From the NCBI GenBank assembly GCA_963772835.1, contig CAVYYZ010000011.1:32001-96000 (forward strand): a stretch of 64,000 nucleotides of DNA, written 5' to 3'. The translations under genes were made by a program, and so were the position numbers. This DNA is from an uncultured delta proteobacterium. GTDB lineage: Bacteria > Desulfobacterota > Desulfuromonadia > Geobacterales > Pseudopelobacteraceae. The notes under the pieces were generated by a model, which saw only the letters and a program-made list of their open reading frames with translations, was not told where the DNA came from and did no database searches. This document shows positions 14,325 through 26,284 of the stretch, piece after piece; position 1 is the stretch's first letter, and each line of letters begins with the position of its first letter.

Positions 14325-15737
14325 ATGGAATATACATACGTTACCGTCCCTTCAGGGGAAAAGATCACCATGGGAAGTAACGGCATGCTGATGGTGCCGA
14401 ACAACCCGATCATTCCCTATATTGAAGGAGACGGTACCGGTGTTGATATCTGGAAGGCTTCGGTCCGTGTATTCGATGCCGCCGTAGAAAAGGCCTACGG
14501 TGGCTCGAAAAAAATCAGCTGGATGGAAGTATATGCCGGTGAGAAACCCTTTAACCGTTTCCGTTCGGAAATGGGAGACAAAGCCTGGTTGCCGGATGAA
14601 ACAGTTGAGGCTTTCAGGGAGTTTCTGGTCGGAATCAAAGGTCCACTGACAACTCCGATCGGAGGCGGCATTCGCTCTCTGAATGTTGCTCTCCGACAAA
14701 TGCTCGACCTGTACACCTGCCTTCGTCCTATTCGGTATTTTCAGGGCGTACCCACTCCGGTGAAAAAACCGGAGGATGTTGATATGGTTATCTTCCGTGA
14801 AAACTGTGAAGATATTTATGTCGGTATAGAATGGATGACCGGTACTCCCGAATGTGACAAAATCGTGCAATTTCTGATCAAAGAGATGGGCGTCAGCAGG
14901 ATCCGTTTTCCGGAAAGTTCATCAATCGGCATCAAGCCCGTCTCTCGCGATGGTTCAGAACGCTTGATCCGTGCTGCTATTCAGTATGCCCTTGATCACA
15001 AACGCAAATCAGTGACGATTGTCCATAAGGGCAACATCATGAAATTCACTGAGGGCGCGTTCAAGGATTGGGGCTATGCATTGGCCACGACCGAGTTCCG
15101 TTCCCGGATTGTAACCGAGCGGGAATCATGGATTATTAATAATCAGGACCGTAATTCAGCTATTTCTGTTGAAGAAAATGCACGAATGATTGACCCCGGC
15201 TATGATATGATGTCGCCGCAACAGAAGAAAGGCATCTGTAACGAAGTTGAAGCTGCTCTTAAGCTGTTGCCGACTCACGGTAATGGTCAGCTGAAAAAAC
15301 TGTTGATGATCAAGGACACTATTGCCGACATCACTTTTCAACAGGTACTCACCCGTGCCAAGGAGTTTGATGTCGTTGCTGCAATGAACCTTGAAGGAGA
15401 TCTACTTTCTGATGCACTTGCTGCTCAGGTTGGCGGTATCGGCATCGCCCCCGGTGCCAACATTAACTATGTAACCGGGCACGCAATCTTTGAAGCAACG
15501 CATGGTACAGCGCCTAAGTACGCTAATCTGGATAAAGTTAATCCTGGATCTGTGATACTTTCAGGTGTTATGATGCTCGAATATCTGGGGTGGCAGGAAG
15601 CAGCCGATCTCATCATAAAAACGCTCGACAGAACTATTGGTCAGAAACGCGTTACGTACGATTTTGAACGCATGATGCAGGGTGCCACGTTACTGTCCTG
15701 TTCCGGCTTTGCCGATGCCCTGATTGAAAACATGTGA
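14325..15737 (+). CDS. icd: isocitrate dehydrogenase, homodimeric NADP-type with an internal insertion (start could be 14298)
   Basis: [47 protein letters not shown]. Confidence 0.93.
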   Translation: MEYTYVTVPSGEKITMGSNGMLMVPNNPIIPYIEGDGTGVDIWKASVRVFDAAVEKAYGGSKKISWMEVYAGEKPFNRFRSEMGDKAWLPDETVEAFREFLVGIKGPLTTPIGGGIRSLNVALRQMLDLYTCLRPIRYFQGVPTPVKKPEDVDMVIFRENCEDIYVGIEWMTGTPECDKIVQFLIKEMGVSRIRFPESSSIGIKPVSRDGSERLIRAAIQYALDHKRKSVTIVHKGNIMKFTEGAFKDWGYALATTEFRSRIVTERESWIINNQDRNSAISVEENARMIDPGYDMMSPQQKKGICNEVEAALKLLPTHGNGQLKKLLMIKDTIADITFQQVLTRAKEFDVVAAMNLEGDLLSDALAAQVGGIGIAPGANINYVTGHAIFEATHGTAPKYANLDKVNPGSVILSGVMMLEYLGWQEAADLIIKTLDRTIGQKRVTYDFERMMQGATLLSCSGFADALIENM

Positions 15738-15785
15738 GTGTATATGAGTTAGCAGGGGCCGGAGATACAACTCCTGCCTTATTAA

Positions 15786-16760
<975 letters not shown>

Positions 16761-16788
16761 TGATTATCCCAGGTTTCTGGATGTCGCC

Positions 16789-16820
16789 GAAAGAAGGGCG
16801 GAATACTCCGCCCTTCTTTC
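16789..16820 (+). terminator. perfect 14-bp hairpin between mdh and korD (terminator or mRNA stability element)
   Basis: GAAAGAAGGGCGGA-ATAC-TCCGCCCTTCTTTC; weak U tail. Confidence 0.65.
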
Positions 16821-16880
16821 ACTACATTTTGGAGCCTGTATTTACCACCTTTTATTACGGAATAAAGGAGTCTTTCCAAG

Positions 16881-17078
16881 ATGGAAAAAACATTACCAAA
16901 AATTGAAATTATTGAGAAGTACTGCAAAGGGTGCCATATCTGTGTTGAATTCTGCCCTAAAGATGTGCTTGAGATGAAAGGCTTTTACGCTTCTGTGAAA
17001 AATCTTGAAGCCTGTATTAAATGTATGCAGTGTGAATTACGCTGCCCCGATTTTGCTATCAAAGTTATAACCGAATAA
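16881..17078 (+). CDS. korD: 2-oxoglutarate:ferredoxin oxidoreductase delta subunit (2x4Fe-4S)
   Basis: two CxxCxxCxxxCP motifs; first gene of the kor block. Confidence 0.9.
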   Translation: MEKTLPKIEIIEKYCKGCHICVEFCPKDVLEMKGFYASVKNLEACIKCMQCELRCPDFAIKVITE

Positions 17079-17100
17079 AATCTACAGGAGGAAATGAACA

Positions 17101-18234
17101 GTGTCCAAAAAAGTAGCGTTTCTTCAGGGTAATGAAGCCGCCGCACATGGTGCATTATACGCCGGGTGCGATTTCTTTGCAGGTTACCCGATTACCCCCT
17201 CGACAGAAGTTTCTGAAGTGCTTTCTGCCGAATTACCCAAATTTGGCGGAAAATTTCTACAGATGGAAGATGAAATTGCCGCCATGGCTGCCATTCTTGG
17301 CGCATCGCTTGCCGGTGCAAAAGTACTGACCTCGACTTCCGGTCCCGGTCTTTCCCTGAAGCAGGAATTGATCGGCTACGGCTGCATCGCCGAAATCCCT
17401 TGCGTTATCTATAATGTCATGCGTGGCGGTCCTTCAACCGGTATGCCTACCGGTCCTTCGCAGTCGGATGTTATGTGCGCCAAATGGGGAACACATGGTG
17501 ACCATCCTGCCATCTGTCTGACTCCGGCTTCCGTTCAGGAAACGTATGAAGAAGTTATTCGTGCCTTCAACCTGGCCGAAAAATATCGTACTCCTGTTAT
17601 GGTTATGCCGGACGAAATCATTGCCCATATGCGTGAGCGGATTGTTTTCCCCGAACCGGGTGAAATTGAAGTTGTCCCCCGCAAATCTCCGACAGTTCCG
17701 CCCGAACAGTACAAACCGTACGACACCAGCTTCGGTGATGTACCGCCGCTTGCTGCCTTCGGTTCCGGATACAAGTTTCACGTCACCGGCCTTAACAAGA
17801 TGCAGGACGGTTTTCCTACTACAAAGGCCGATGTTGTACAGGCTGAGGAAGAACGCCAGATCCGCAAGGTAGATGCAAACATTGATGATATCGTCACGTT
17901 TGAGGAGTATCTGCTGGAAGACGCTGACGTCGTTGTCGTAGCGTATGGTTCCACCTCTCGCTCGGCGCGGTATGCAGTCAATGTTGCCCGCGAACAGGGA
18001 ATCAAGGCCGGCATGTTCAGAATCAAAACCTTCTGGCCGTTTCCGGATAAGCAGATCAAGGCTTTGGCCGGCAAAGTCAAAGCAATCATTATTCCGGAAA
18101 TGAATCTGGGTATGTGCTCACTTGAGCTTGAGCGTTGTGCGCAGGGCAAGGTTCCGGTCCTCGGTATTTTCCGTGTTGACGGAGAACCTATCAACCCTGA
18201 CCAGATCCTCGATAAGATTAAGGAGGTTAAATAA
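17101..18234 (+). CDS. korA: 2-oxoglutarate:ferredoxin oxidoreductase alpha subunit
   Basis: AGYPITP, QMEDE, TSGPG, RGGPSTG; TCA operon context. Confidence 0.92.
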   Translation: MSKKVAFLQGNEAAAHGALYAGCDFFAGYPITPSTEVSEVLSAELPKFGGKFLQMEDEIAAMAAILGASLAGAKVLTSTSGPGLSLKQELIGYGCIAEIPCVIYNVMRGGPSTGMPTGPSQSDVMCAKWGTHGDHPAICLTPASVQETYEEVIRAFNLAEKYRTPVMVMPDEIIAHMRERIVFPEPGEIEVVPRKSPTVPPEQYKPYDTSFGDVPPLAAFGSGYKFHVTGLNKMQDGFPTTKADVVQAEEERQIRKVDANIDDIVTFEEYLLEDADVVVVAYGSTSRSARYAVNVAREQGIKAGMFRIKTFWPFPDKQIKALAGKVKAIIIPEMNLGMCSLELERCAQGKVPVLGIFRVDGEPINPDQILDKIKEVK

Positions 18235-18235
18235 C

Positions 18236-19057
18236 ATGGCATTTGATTATGATAAATGGATTCGCCCCGGCAAATTGCCGCACATCTGGTGCCCAGGTTG
18301 CGGTCACGGCATCGTCATGAAGGGTCTTATCCGTGCGATGGAAACGCTTCAACTTAAAAAAGAAGAAACCGCTGTTGTGTCGGGAATCGGCTGTGCATCA
18401 CGTCTTCCCGGTTATATTGACTGCTGTACGCTGCACACCGCCCATGGACGCGCCGCCGCATTTGCAACCGGTGTAAAAATGGCCAAGCCGGAAATGAATG
18501 TTATTCTGGTTGGCGGCGATGGCGACGGTACTGCTATCGGTGGTAATCACTTCATCCACGCGTGCCGCCGTAATATCGACATGACCTACATCATCATGAA
18601 CAATTATATCTACGGAATGACCGGCGGACAGTTTTCGCCCTGTACACCAACCGGTCACAAGGCATCCACAACTCCGTACGGTAACCCTGATCCCGGCTTT
18701 GATATTGCCAAGCTGGCAATCGGCGCCGGTGCTACTTTTGTAGCCCGTGGTACCGCGTTCCATGCCAACCAGATTGATAAGCTTATCGTTGAAGCGATTC
18801 AGCACAAAGGGTTCTCGGTTGTCGAGATTCTTGATGACTGCCCTACAACGTACGGTCGCCGCAACAAGTTCAAGTCGGTTATCGAGATGATGAATCGTCT
18901 GAAAGAGGTTGCCGTGCCGGTTAAAGCAGCAGAGAAAATGACTGCTGAACAACTGCAGGGTAAAATTCTTACCGGTGTTCTCTACAGGGATGATACAAAA
19001 CCTGAGTATACTGCCGAGTACGCCAAAGTTATCGAGCGTGCCAAGGCTGCCAAGTAA
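18236..19057 (+). CDS. korB: 2-oxoglutarate:ferredoxin oxidoreductase beta subunit
   Basis: WCPGCG, GDGD TPP motif, YGMTGGQ; ATG at 18236 after AAGGAGG. Confidence 0.92.
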   Translation: MAFDYDKWIRPGKLPHIWCPGCGHGIVMKGLIRAMETLQLKKEETAVVSGIGCASRLPGYIDCCTLHTAHGRAAAFATGVKMAKPEMNVILVGGDGDGTAIGGNHFIHACRRNIDMTYIIMNNYIYGMTGGQFSPCTPTGHKASTTPYGNPDPGFDIAKLAIGAGATFVARGTAFHANQIDKLIVEAIQHKGFSVVEILDDCPTTYGRRNKFKSVIEMMNRLKEVAVPVKAAEKMTAEQLQGKILTGVLYRDDTKPEYTAEYAKVIERAKAAK

Positions 19058-19085
19058 CAATTACAGGAAAAGGAGCGATATATTC

Positions 19086-19634
19086 ATGTCAAGATATGAA
19101 CTCAGGTTTTCCGGTTCAGGTGGGCAGGGTCTGATCACCGCCGGAATTATTATGGCCAAAGCCGCTTCGATATACGAAGGTAAGCAGGCTGTTCAATCGC
19201 AAAGTTATGGACCTGAAGCGCGTGGCGGTTCTTCAAAATCAGAAGTAATTATTTCTGATGGTCCGATCGATTATCCGAAAGCCACTACGGTAGACGCACT
19301 ACTGGCCATGACTCAGGAAGCGTGTGACAAGTACACACACGATCTGAAAGAAGGCGGTATCCTGCTGGTTGATTCCGATCTCGTTACAAAACTGCCGACC
19401 AGCGGCAATTACAAGATTGTCTCATTCCCGATCATTAATACTGCCAAAAACGATGTTGGTCGTGAGATCGTCGCCAATATAGTTGCTCTTGGAGCAATGG
19501 TTGCGTTGACCGGTCAGGTAAGTCGGGAAAATGCCGAAAAGGCGGTTCTGTCAAGTGTCCCCGAGGCATTTATTGAACTTAACAGAAAGGCATTCAGTAT
19601 CGGATATGAGAAGGCACTGGCAGCCAGCGCCTAG
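19086..19634 (+). CDS. korC: 2-oxoglutarate:ferredoxin oxidoreductase gamma subunit
   Basis: GSGGQG, YGPEARGG; ATG at 19086 after AAGGAG. Confidence 0.92.
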   Translation: MSRYELRFSGSGGQGLITAGIIMAKAASIYEGKQAVQSQSYGPEARGGSSKSEVIISDGPIDYPKATTVDALLAMTQEACDKYTHDLKEGGILLVDSDLVTKLPTSGNYKIVSFPIINTAKNDVGREIVANIVALGAMVALTGQVSRENAEKAVLSSVPEAFIELNRKAFSIGYEKALAASA

Positions 19635-19656
19635 AAGTTGATACTGCGTAAACGGT

Positions 19657-19698
19657 AACACGAAAGGCCCGGTGCATGATCATCGGGCTTTTCGTGTT
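19657..19698 (+). terminator. intrinsic terminator after korC
   Basis: AACACGAAAGGCCCGGTG/CATCGGGCTTTTCGTGTT stem. Confidence 0.8.
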
Positions 19699-19861
19699 TA
19701 AGCGGTTCATTGTTTTTGTTTATCGCTCTTGCCGTAATCGGTAAAGTAATGCTAGACTGCGAACACTATTTTCCGCTAATTCAATGCTTGTCACGGAGCA
19801 GCCATATAAAGGAATTGTACATGTCTCAGCTTCAATATAGTGCCGTAACAGCAGATACTCC

Positions 19862-20701
19862 ATGAAAATTCCAGAATGTTTTGATGTTTTGGTCCGTAAC
19901 GGTCAGGTAGATGAGGTTGTCTCACGTCTGATGAGTGGTAAGGAGGCGGATGTGTATGTGGTACAGTCAAAGGGAGAGCTTTGCTGTGCCAAAGTGTACA
20001 AGGACATCCGCACACGCAGTTTCAGCCAGATGGCTCAGTATCAGGAAGGGCGTAAGGGTCGAAACAGTCGCCAGGCGCGGGCAATGCAGAAAAATACAAG
20101 ATACGGCCGTAAAGAAACTGAGGAAGCCTGGAAAAATGCCGAGGTTGACGCGCTGAGGACTCTTGCAGAAGCGGGGGTACGGGTTCCGCACGTATATGAC
20201 TATACAGCCGGTATTCTGTTGATGGAGCTGGTGGTTGATGCCGATGGCAGTGCGGCCCCCAGGCTCAACGACCTTCGGTTTACACAGGCAGAGGCACGTG
20301 AATATCATTATGAGTTGATAAAAAATATTGTTCTCATGTTGTGTGCCGGGATTATTCACGGTGACCTGTCTGAGTACAACGTACTTGTTGGCCGTGACGG
20401 ACTGGTTATAATCGATCTGCCGCAGGCGGTCAACGCTTCGGGTAATAACAACGCCCGCAGCATGCTTGAGCGGGACGTTGAAAACATAACTTCATATTTC
20501 GGCCGCTTCGCTCCAGACCTTATCTCCACGGAGTATGGAAAGGAAATCTGGAAACTGTATGCGAATGGAACTCTGAGCCCTGCTTCAGAACTGACCGGCC
20601 ATTTTGCACAGAGCGATAAACCGGCAGATGTGAAGGGTGTCATGCGCGAGATAGATTATGCACGGATTTTGCACGAACGGACCCTTGCCAGAACGTCTTG
20701 A
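19862..20701 (+). CDS. RIO1-family atypical Ser/Thr kinase
   Basis: SGKEA.VY, AKVYK, IHGDLSEYNVL, IIDLPQ. Confidence 0.9.
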   Translation: MKIPECFDVLVRNGQVDEVVSRLMSGKEADVYVVQSKGELCCAKVYKDIRTRSFSQMAQYQEGRKGRNSRQARAMQKNTRYGRKETEEAWKNAEVDALRTLAEAGVRVPHVYDYTAGILLMELVVDADGSAAPRLNDLRFTQAEAREYHYELIKNIVLMLCAGIIHGDLSEYNVLVGRDGLVIIDLPQAVNASGNNNARSMLERDVENITSYFGRFAPDLISTEYGKEIWKLYANGTLSPASELTGHFAQSDKPADVKGVMREIDYARILHERTLARTS

Positions 20702-20752
20702 ATGGCTCGAATATATGACACAACAGATTAAAACAGAGTCCAGTCTTTCATA

Positions 20753-21190
20753 ATGAAGTATCCACATGTGAAAAATATCGCACTCCTGTTATTTTACTCT
20801 GTCATTTCCATGCAGGCGTCCACAGGGTCTGCGGAAGAATTGTATCATCTGTTCTCACTGGCTGGAGGCAGATTGACTACTGCTCCCGCTGATGCCATGG
20901 CTCCGGAACCGGGTGTTGTAACAGCCAAATACGGCTATGAAATTGCGAAGGACTTCATACCTTATTTGGGTACAGGGCTTTCTTACACCTACAAACCGGA
21001 TATGAAGACGGGAAATATTGTAAGTTTTAAAACAGGAATAGCGGCACAATTCGGCTTTAATTATCTCCTTGGCACAAATACCACACTGAAAGTGGATTAC
21101 AAATATCTCACAGTGTTACCTGAACTGGCACCTGGAGAATCAAAAACACCCCCGCAATCTCTCGGTATCGGACTGGATATCAAATTCTGA
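20753..21190 (+). CDS. small outer-membrane beta-barrel protein
   Basis: signal peptide, PYLGTG strand, alternating pattern, C-terminal GIGLDIKF. Confidence 0.7.
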   Translation: MKYPHVKNIALLLFYSVISMQASTGSAEELYHLFSLAGGRLTTAPADAMAPEPGVVTAKYGYEIAKDFIPYLGTGLSYTYKPDMKTGNIVSFKTGIAAQFGFNYLLGTNTTLKVDYKYLTVLPELAPGESKTPPQSLGIGLDIKF

Positions 21191-21206
21191 ACAAGGATCT
21201 GCGGCC

Positions 21207-22088
21207 ATGCCTCATTACATCGAACCACTTTTTCGCCCTCCGAGTGAAGCACGAAGCCTTATCTTTCAGATTACGATCGGCTGTTCCCAGAATCAATGCC
21301 GCTTTTGCGGTATGTATAAGGGCAAGAAGTTCCATATCCGTCCTCTCCCGGAGATTATTTCAGAAATATCCGGTATTCCGGCAGGTTACCGCACCCGTAT
21401 TGACAGGGTTTTTCTGGCTGATGGGGATGCGCTGGTTTACCCGTTCGATGATCTCTGCATCATTCTTGATGCACTTGCAGCAACTTTTCCCGGCCTGACG
21501 CGGGTCTCTTCATATGCCTCTCCCAACAGTCTGACAACTAAGAACCCTTCGCAGCTGGCCACGCTGCGCTCCAAACGGCTGAAGATTCTCTATTTCGGAC
21601 TGGAGTCCGGAGATGATGCTACCCTGCTGGCGATACATAAGGGTTTTGACTCCGAAAGGATGGGCGAATTGGCTCTTGCGGCCCGTGAAGCCGGCATGAA
21701 GCTTTCGGTAACGGCCATCATCGGTCTGGCGGGGCGTGGGCGAAGCCTGCAGCATGCACGTGCGACCGCGAAGTGGGTCAACCGTATAAACCCGGAATAC
21801 TTCTCACTTTTGACGATGTTTAATCGCCATAATGATGAATTTATCCGTTCTCTCCAGCAATGTACCCGCCGGGAACTGATGCTGGAGGTGAGTGAAATGT
21901 TGCAACATCTCCATCCTGCCAAAACCATCCTCCGATCGAATCATGTTTCCAATTTTTTCGATCTGGCCGGCAGTTATCCAAAGGACCGGGAACGCTTGAT
22001 TGCCGACGTGGATTTTGCCCTTAAAAACGCAGGACTGCGGAAAAACTTTCTTGATGAAGTCCCGGTATATCAAGAGGAGTACTACTAA
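21207..22088 (+). CDS. radical SAM protein
   Basis: CSQNQCRFC (CxxxCxxC), FLADGD, GLESG. Confidence 0.9.
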   Translation: MPHYIEPLFRPPSEARSLIFQITIGCSQNQCRFCGMYKGKKFHIRPLPEIISEISGIPAGYRTRIDRVFLADGDALVYPFDDLCIILDALAATFPGLTRVSSYASPNSLTTKNPSQLATLRSKRLKILYFGLESGDDATLLAIHKGFDSERMGELALAAREAGMKLSVTAIIGLAGRGRSLQHARATAKWVNRINPEYFSLLTMFNRHNDEFIRSLQQCTRRELMLEVSEMLQHLHPAKTILRSNHVSNFFDLAGSYPKDRERLIADVDFALKNAGLRKNFLDEVPVYQEEYY

Positions 22089-22168
22089 ACTGACCTCTTT
22101 TATCTTGCCGTAATCCAATAAGAAATGTTATTTTGCCTCCGCTTAGAATCATCTGTGGAGGTTTTTTT

Positions 22169-23329
22169 GTGAGTATTTTTCGTTATCTGACGGCCGGCGA
22201 GTCGCACGGTCCTCAGTTGAGTGCAATTATTGAAGGGCTTCCCGCCGGAATACATCTCACCGTCGATGTTCTGAACCGTGACCTGGCACGACGGCAGCAG
22301 GGATATGGTCGTGGCGACCGGATGAAAATAGAGAAGGATACGGCCGAACTTCTCTCTGGAGTTCGCTGGGGAGAGACAATCGGGTCTCCGGTAACCCTTG
22401 TGGTAATGAACAGGGACTGGGAAAACTGGTCTGAGAAAATGTCGCCGCTTCCGGAGCATCGGGATGACTCGATCGCAGTTACCCGTCCACGACCCGGCCA
22501 TGCTGATCTATCAGGTGTATTGAAGTATCATCTCAGCGATGCACGGAATGTGCTGGAACGTTCCAGTGCCCGTGAAACCGCGGTTCGTGTAGCTGTCGGC
22601 AGTGTAGCAAAGGCACTTTTGGCTGAGTTCGGCATCAAGGTGGGCGGATTCGTAACGGAACTCGGTGGGATCAGCGCCGTTACTCCTCAGGAACCGGCAG
22701 AGACCTTATGGCAGCGGGCGTCTGTTTCGGAAACTTTCTGCTGTGACCCGTCTGCTGAAGTGGATATGAAGAGGACTATTGATTCTGCTCAATCCGGCGG
22801 AGATACGTTGGGGGGGGTGGTTGAAGTTCAGGTTATCGGTGTCCCTCCCGGTCTGGGTAGTTATGTTCAGTGGGACCGCAAACTGGATGCGCGTCTTGCT
22901 ATGGCGCTTATGAGCATACAGGCCATCAAGGGAGTGGAAGTTGGAATCGGCTTTGAAGCCGCCCGCAGGCCAGGCTCCCGTGTTCATGATGAAATTTTCT
23001 ACAAAGGCGGGTATCAGCGAAACAGTAATAATGCCGGCGGCATTGAGGGTGGGATGTCAAATGGTGAGCCGATAGTTGTGCGGGCCGCTATGAAACCGAT
23101 ACCAACGCTCTACTCGCCACTCCGCTCGGTCGATATGCGTACGCATGAACCGTTTGAAGCCACCGTCGAGCGTTCGGACACATGTGCCGTGCCGGCGGCC
23201 CTTGTTGTGGCGGAAGCGGTCGTGGCGATTGAGATTACCAATGCCCTGCTGGAAAAATTTGGCGGGGATTCAATCTTTGAAATCAGACGTAATCTGGAAG
23301 GCTATCGGGAGCAGATTCGTAATGCCTGA
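22169..23329 (+). CDS. aroC: chorismate synthase
   Basis: [35 protein letters not shown] after GGAGG. Confidence 0.97.
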   Translation: MSIFRYLTAGESHGPQLSAIIEGLPAGIHLTVDVLNRDLARRQQGYGRGDRMKIEKDTAELLSGVRWGETIGSPVTLVVMNRDWENWSEKMSPLPEHRDDSIAVTRPRPGHADLSGVLKYHLSDARNVLERSSARETAVRVAVGSVAKALLAEFGIKVGGFVTELGGISAVTPQEPAETLWQRASVSETFCCDPSAEVDMKRTIDSAQSGGDTLGGVVEVQVIGVPPGLGSYVQWDRKLDARLAMALMSIQAIKGVEVGIGFEAARRPGSRVHDEIFYKGGYQRNSNNAGGIEGGMSNGEPIVVRAAMKPIPTLYSPLRSVDMRTHEPFEATVERSDTCAVPAALVVAEAVVAIEITNALLEKFGGDSIFEIRRNLEGYREQIRNA

Positions 23330-23843
23330 GAATGTGCTTATCTTGACCGGTTTTATGGGCAGCGGGAAAAGTTCTGTCGGGAAAATCGTTGCAGAGCTTC
23401 TCGGATACCGATTTGTCGATCTGGATGCTGAAATAGCCTCCGCGGCGGGATGTTCAATTAATGATATCTTTGCCCGTGACGGCGAACAGACGTTTCGTGC
23501 GTTGGAAAGTTCCCTTCTTGAACATGTTCTGACAGCGGGGGAGGGACGTGTGGTTGCAACCGGCGGTGGTGCGGTTGTTTCCGCGCAGAACCGGACGTTG
23601 ATGCATACCCGGGGAATAGTTGTTAACCTCAAGGTAACGCTGGAGCAGTCGTTGGCCCGGCTTGAAGGGTGCGGCAACCGGCCTCTCCTCGCCGGGGATG
23701 ATGCCTCGACGCGTGCAGAAGCTTTAATGGATGAGCGTGAACAATTTTATGCCGCCGCCGATATTAGAATTGACACGGATGGAAAATCCGTGGAAGATGT
23801 CGCAGCGGAGATTCTGTGCCGTCTGAAGGGGTTTTCCGAGTGA
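23322..23843 (+). CDS. aroK: shikimate kinase
   Basis: [20 protein letters not shown] overlaps the end of aroC. Confidence 0.95.
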   Translation: MPENVLILTGFMGSGKSSVGKIVAELLGYRFVDLDAEIASAAGCSINDIFARDGEQTFRALESSLLEHVLTAGEGRVVATGGGAVVSAQNRTLMHTRGIVVNLKVTLEQSLARLEGCGNRPLLAGDDASTRAEALMDEREQFYAAADIRIDTDGKSVEDVAAEILCRLKGFSE

Positions 23844-24919
23844 GTGTACTGTCAGTTAATCTTGCTGAGAACAGTTATGAAATTATCGTCGAACGTGGTG
23901 CCCTTGTCTCTCTGGGCCAGCGGTGCCGGGCCGTCGGGTTGGCGGGTGTTGCGGCCGTTGTTTCAAACCCTGCTGTAGCCGCCTTGTATGGCGCGGCGGT
24001 GCGAGGGTCTCTGGAGGCGGCAGGTTTTACTGTTTCTCTGATTGAGATTCCGGACGGTGAAGAATATAAGAACAGTACTACACTGAATCGACTGTACGAT
24101 GAGCTTCTTGAGTCGGGTGTTGATCGCGGCTCATGTGTGATTGCACTCGGTGGTGGAGTTGTGGGTGATGTCGCCGGCTACGCCGCCGCCACCTGGATGA
24201 GGGGAATCCCCTTTGTTCAGGTACCAACCACTCTGTTGGCTCAGGTTGACAGCAGCGTCGGCGGCAAGACCGGTATTGATCACCCTAAGGGCAAAAATCT
24301 GATTGGCGCCTTTTATCAACCCCGTCTGGTGCTCATCGATGTTGACACACTCACTACTCTCGATCAGCGTCAATTCCGGGCCGGACTTGCTGAAGTGATT
24401 AAATACGGGGTGGCAATTGACCTCCCTTTTTTTGAATTCATAGAGGCTAACATTGATGCGATTCTGGGAATGGATCCGGAGTTCCTGACAAAAGTCATTC
24501 TTCGCTCCTGTCAATTAAAGGCAGAGGTAGTAGAACTCGACGAAAAAGAAGCCGGTCTGCGTGCCATCCTGAATTACGGCCACACGCTTGGGCACGCTTT
24601 TGAATCGCTCTCAGGGTACCGAAATCTGGTCCACGGTGAGGCGGTTGCGCTTGGAATGGCTCTGGCAGCGAGAGTCTCTGTATCCGAAGGTTTCTGCAGT
24701 CCGGAGGACTATTCACGGATATCCACTCTTATTACCCGGTGCGGCCTGTCGATTGACATTCCTCAGTATGATCGTCAGATGCTGCTGAATGCCGTTGCCA
24801 CCGACAAGAAATCCAAGAGTGGAATGATTACCTTTATTTGCAACAAGGGCATCGGTACGTATGCGATGTCGCATCATACTCCTGAAGAGCTGCTCATTTT
24901 GAGCGGGCTGGAGGCGTGA
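23840..24919 (+). CDS. aroB: 3-dehydroquinate synthase
   Basis: GGGVVGD, PTTLLAQVDSSVGGKTG, LNYGHT.GH. Confidence 0.96.
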   Translation: MSVLSVNLAENSYEIIVERGALVSLGQRCRAVGLAGVAAVVSNPAVAALYGAAVRGSLEAAGFTVSLIEIPDGEEYKNSTTLNRLYDELLESGVDRGSCVIALGGGVVGDVAGYAAATWMRGIPFVQVPTTLLAQVDSSVGGKTGIDHPKGKNLIGAFYQPRLVLIDVDTLTTLDQRQFRAGLAEVIKYGVAIDLPFFEFIEANIDAILGMDPEFLTKVILRSCQLKAEVVELDEKEAGLRAILNYGHTLGHAFESLSGYRNLVHGEAVALGMALAARVSVSEGFCSPEDYSRISTLITRCGLSIDIPQYDRQMLLNAVATDKKSKSGMITFICNKGIGTYAMSHHTPEELLILSGLEA

Positions 24920-24921
24920 CC

Positions 24922-25929
24922 ATGCAGGATACAGCTTCATTCTGGACAGACATCAAAGAGCTTGAAGAACAGCTCGCCAAAATGCCTGACTCGTACTGTT
25001 TTGCCCGACTGTCTGATGTGTACCTCAAGGTGGGGCTGATCGATGATGCCATTCACGTTGCGCGTCAGGGTGTCACAAAACACCCCCGCTACATGTCAGG
25101 CCAACGAGCCCTTTCTCACGCGTGTATTGCCAAGGAACTTAACGGTGAGGCACTGCCGGCCTTACAGATGGTTACTGAGGCGCTGCCCGAAGATGTTCAG
25201 TCTCAAAAGCTTCTGGGACGGCTTTATGCTGAGGCGGGTAATCCGGGTGCTGCGATTCAGGCGTTTAGTACTGCTCTGGAGTTTGCACCTGATGATGTTG
25301 AGTGCCGGCTTGAGCTGGAATCTCTCGTGCGGGCATCTCGCCCCGTTGAACCGGAACCGGATGAAGCTGATGAAGAAATTATAGAAGATCTGGAAATACT
25401 CGAAGAGATAGATGCCATTGAAGAAGACCAATCTGAATCGGAAGTCCTGAACCAGGCTGCACCTTCTGCGCCCGTGCTCACATCCGCATCTCATCAGGAT
25501 CCTCTCTCAACCGGCACTCTGGCCGAGTTGTATGTCACTCAGGGATTTGTTCATAAGGCACTCGGGATTTATCGGGCCATTCTGGCCGATAACCCTTCAG
25601 ATCGAATCACGGCAGAACGGATAATCGAGCTTGAAAAACAGGCCGCCGGACCACCGGAACCTGAATTTGAAACTGACGATATATGTGATATTGAGGCAGA
25701 AAACGAACCTGCCTTCAGCATGCCGCAACAGGATCTTCACAAAGAGATCAGGCAGGAAACCACTCTGGAGTCAGACGGTTATGTCGTTGATAATCAGCAA
25801 TCCCGTGAAAATGTTTCCTGGTCTGAGAGCGGCGTTCCTGTCGTGTCTCCCCGGGGCATTACAGATAAAGTGCTTTCTACGCTGGACGGGTGGCTTGAAA
25901 ATATCAGGAGGATTAAATCATGTCGCTAA
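24922..25929 (+). CDS. tetratricopeptide repeat protein with acidic linkers
   Basis: N-terminal TPR-like helices, Asp/Glu-rich linker, TGTLAELYVTQG motif. Confidence 0.8.
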   Translation: MQDTASFWTDIKELEEQLAKMPDSYCFARLSDVYLKVGLIDDAIHVARQGVTKHPRYMSGQRALSHACIAKELNGEALPALQMVTEALPEDVQSQKLLGRLYAEAGNPGAAIQAFSTALEFAPDDVECRLELESLVRASRPVEPEPDEADEEIIEDLEILEEIDAIEEDQSESEVLNQAAPSAPVLTSASHQDPLSTGTLAELYVTQGFVHKALGIYRAILADNPSDRITAERIIELEKQAAGPPEPEFETDDICDIEAENEPAFSMPQQDLHKEIRQETTLESDGYVVDNQQSRENVSWSESGVPVVSPRGITDKVLSTLDGWLENIRRIKSCR

Positions 25930-26282
25930 GAGATACACTGAACACTATTGTCCAGAGCGTTGATGGATCCCTGGCAGCGATAATTATGGCCTACGACGGT
26001 ATTCCGATTGATGAAGTCATTGTAGAACAGACTGAGTTCGATATGCAGCTCCTGTCGGTTGAATATGCAACGGTGCTTAAAGAAATAAAGCGTGCTGTTG
26101 ACGTTATTAAAATGGGCGATCTTGAAGAAGTCTCCATATCAACATCCCGCACCTGTGTTGTTGTCAGGGTTTTAAATGAGGATCTTTTTTCCGCTCTTAT
26201 ACTGAGTCGGGATGGAAATATCGGCAAGGGACGCTATATGCTTAAGCTTAAATCATTTGAAGTACTGCAGGAGCTTTCATAA
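25920..26282 (+). CDS. roadblock/LC7 (MglB/MglC-like) protein
   Basis: 120 aa; DG...A.IM..DGI and GNIGKGRY patterns. Confidence 0.82.
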   Translation: MSLRDTLNTIVQSVDGSLAAIIMAYDGIPIDEVIVEQTEFDMQLLSVEYATVLKEIKRAVDVIKMGDLEEVSISTSRTCVVVRVLNEDLFSALILSRDGNIGKGRYMLKLKSFEVLQELS

Positions 26283-26284
26283 GT

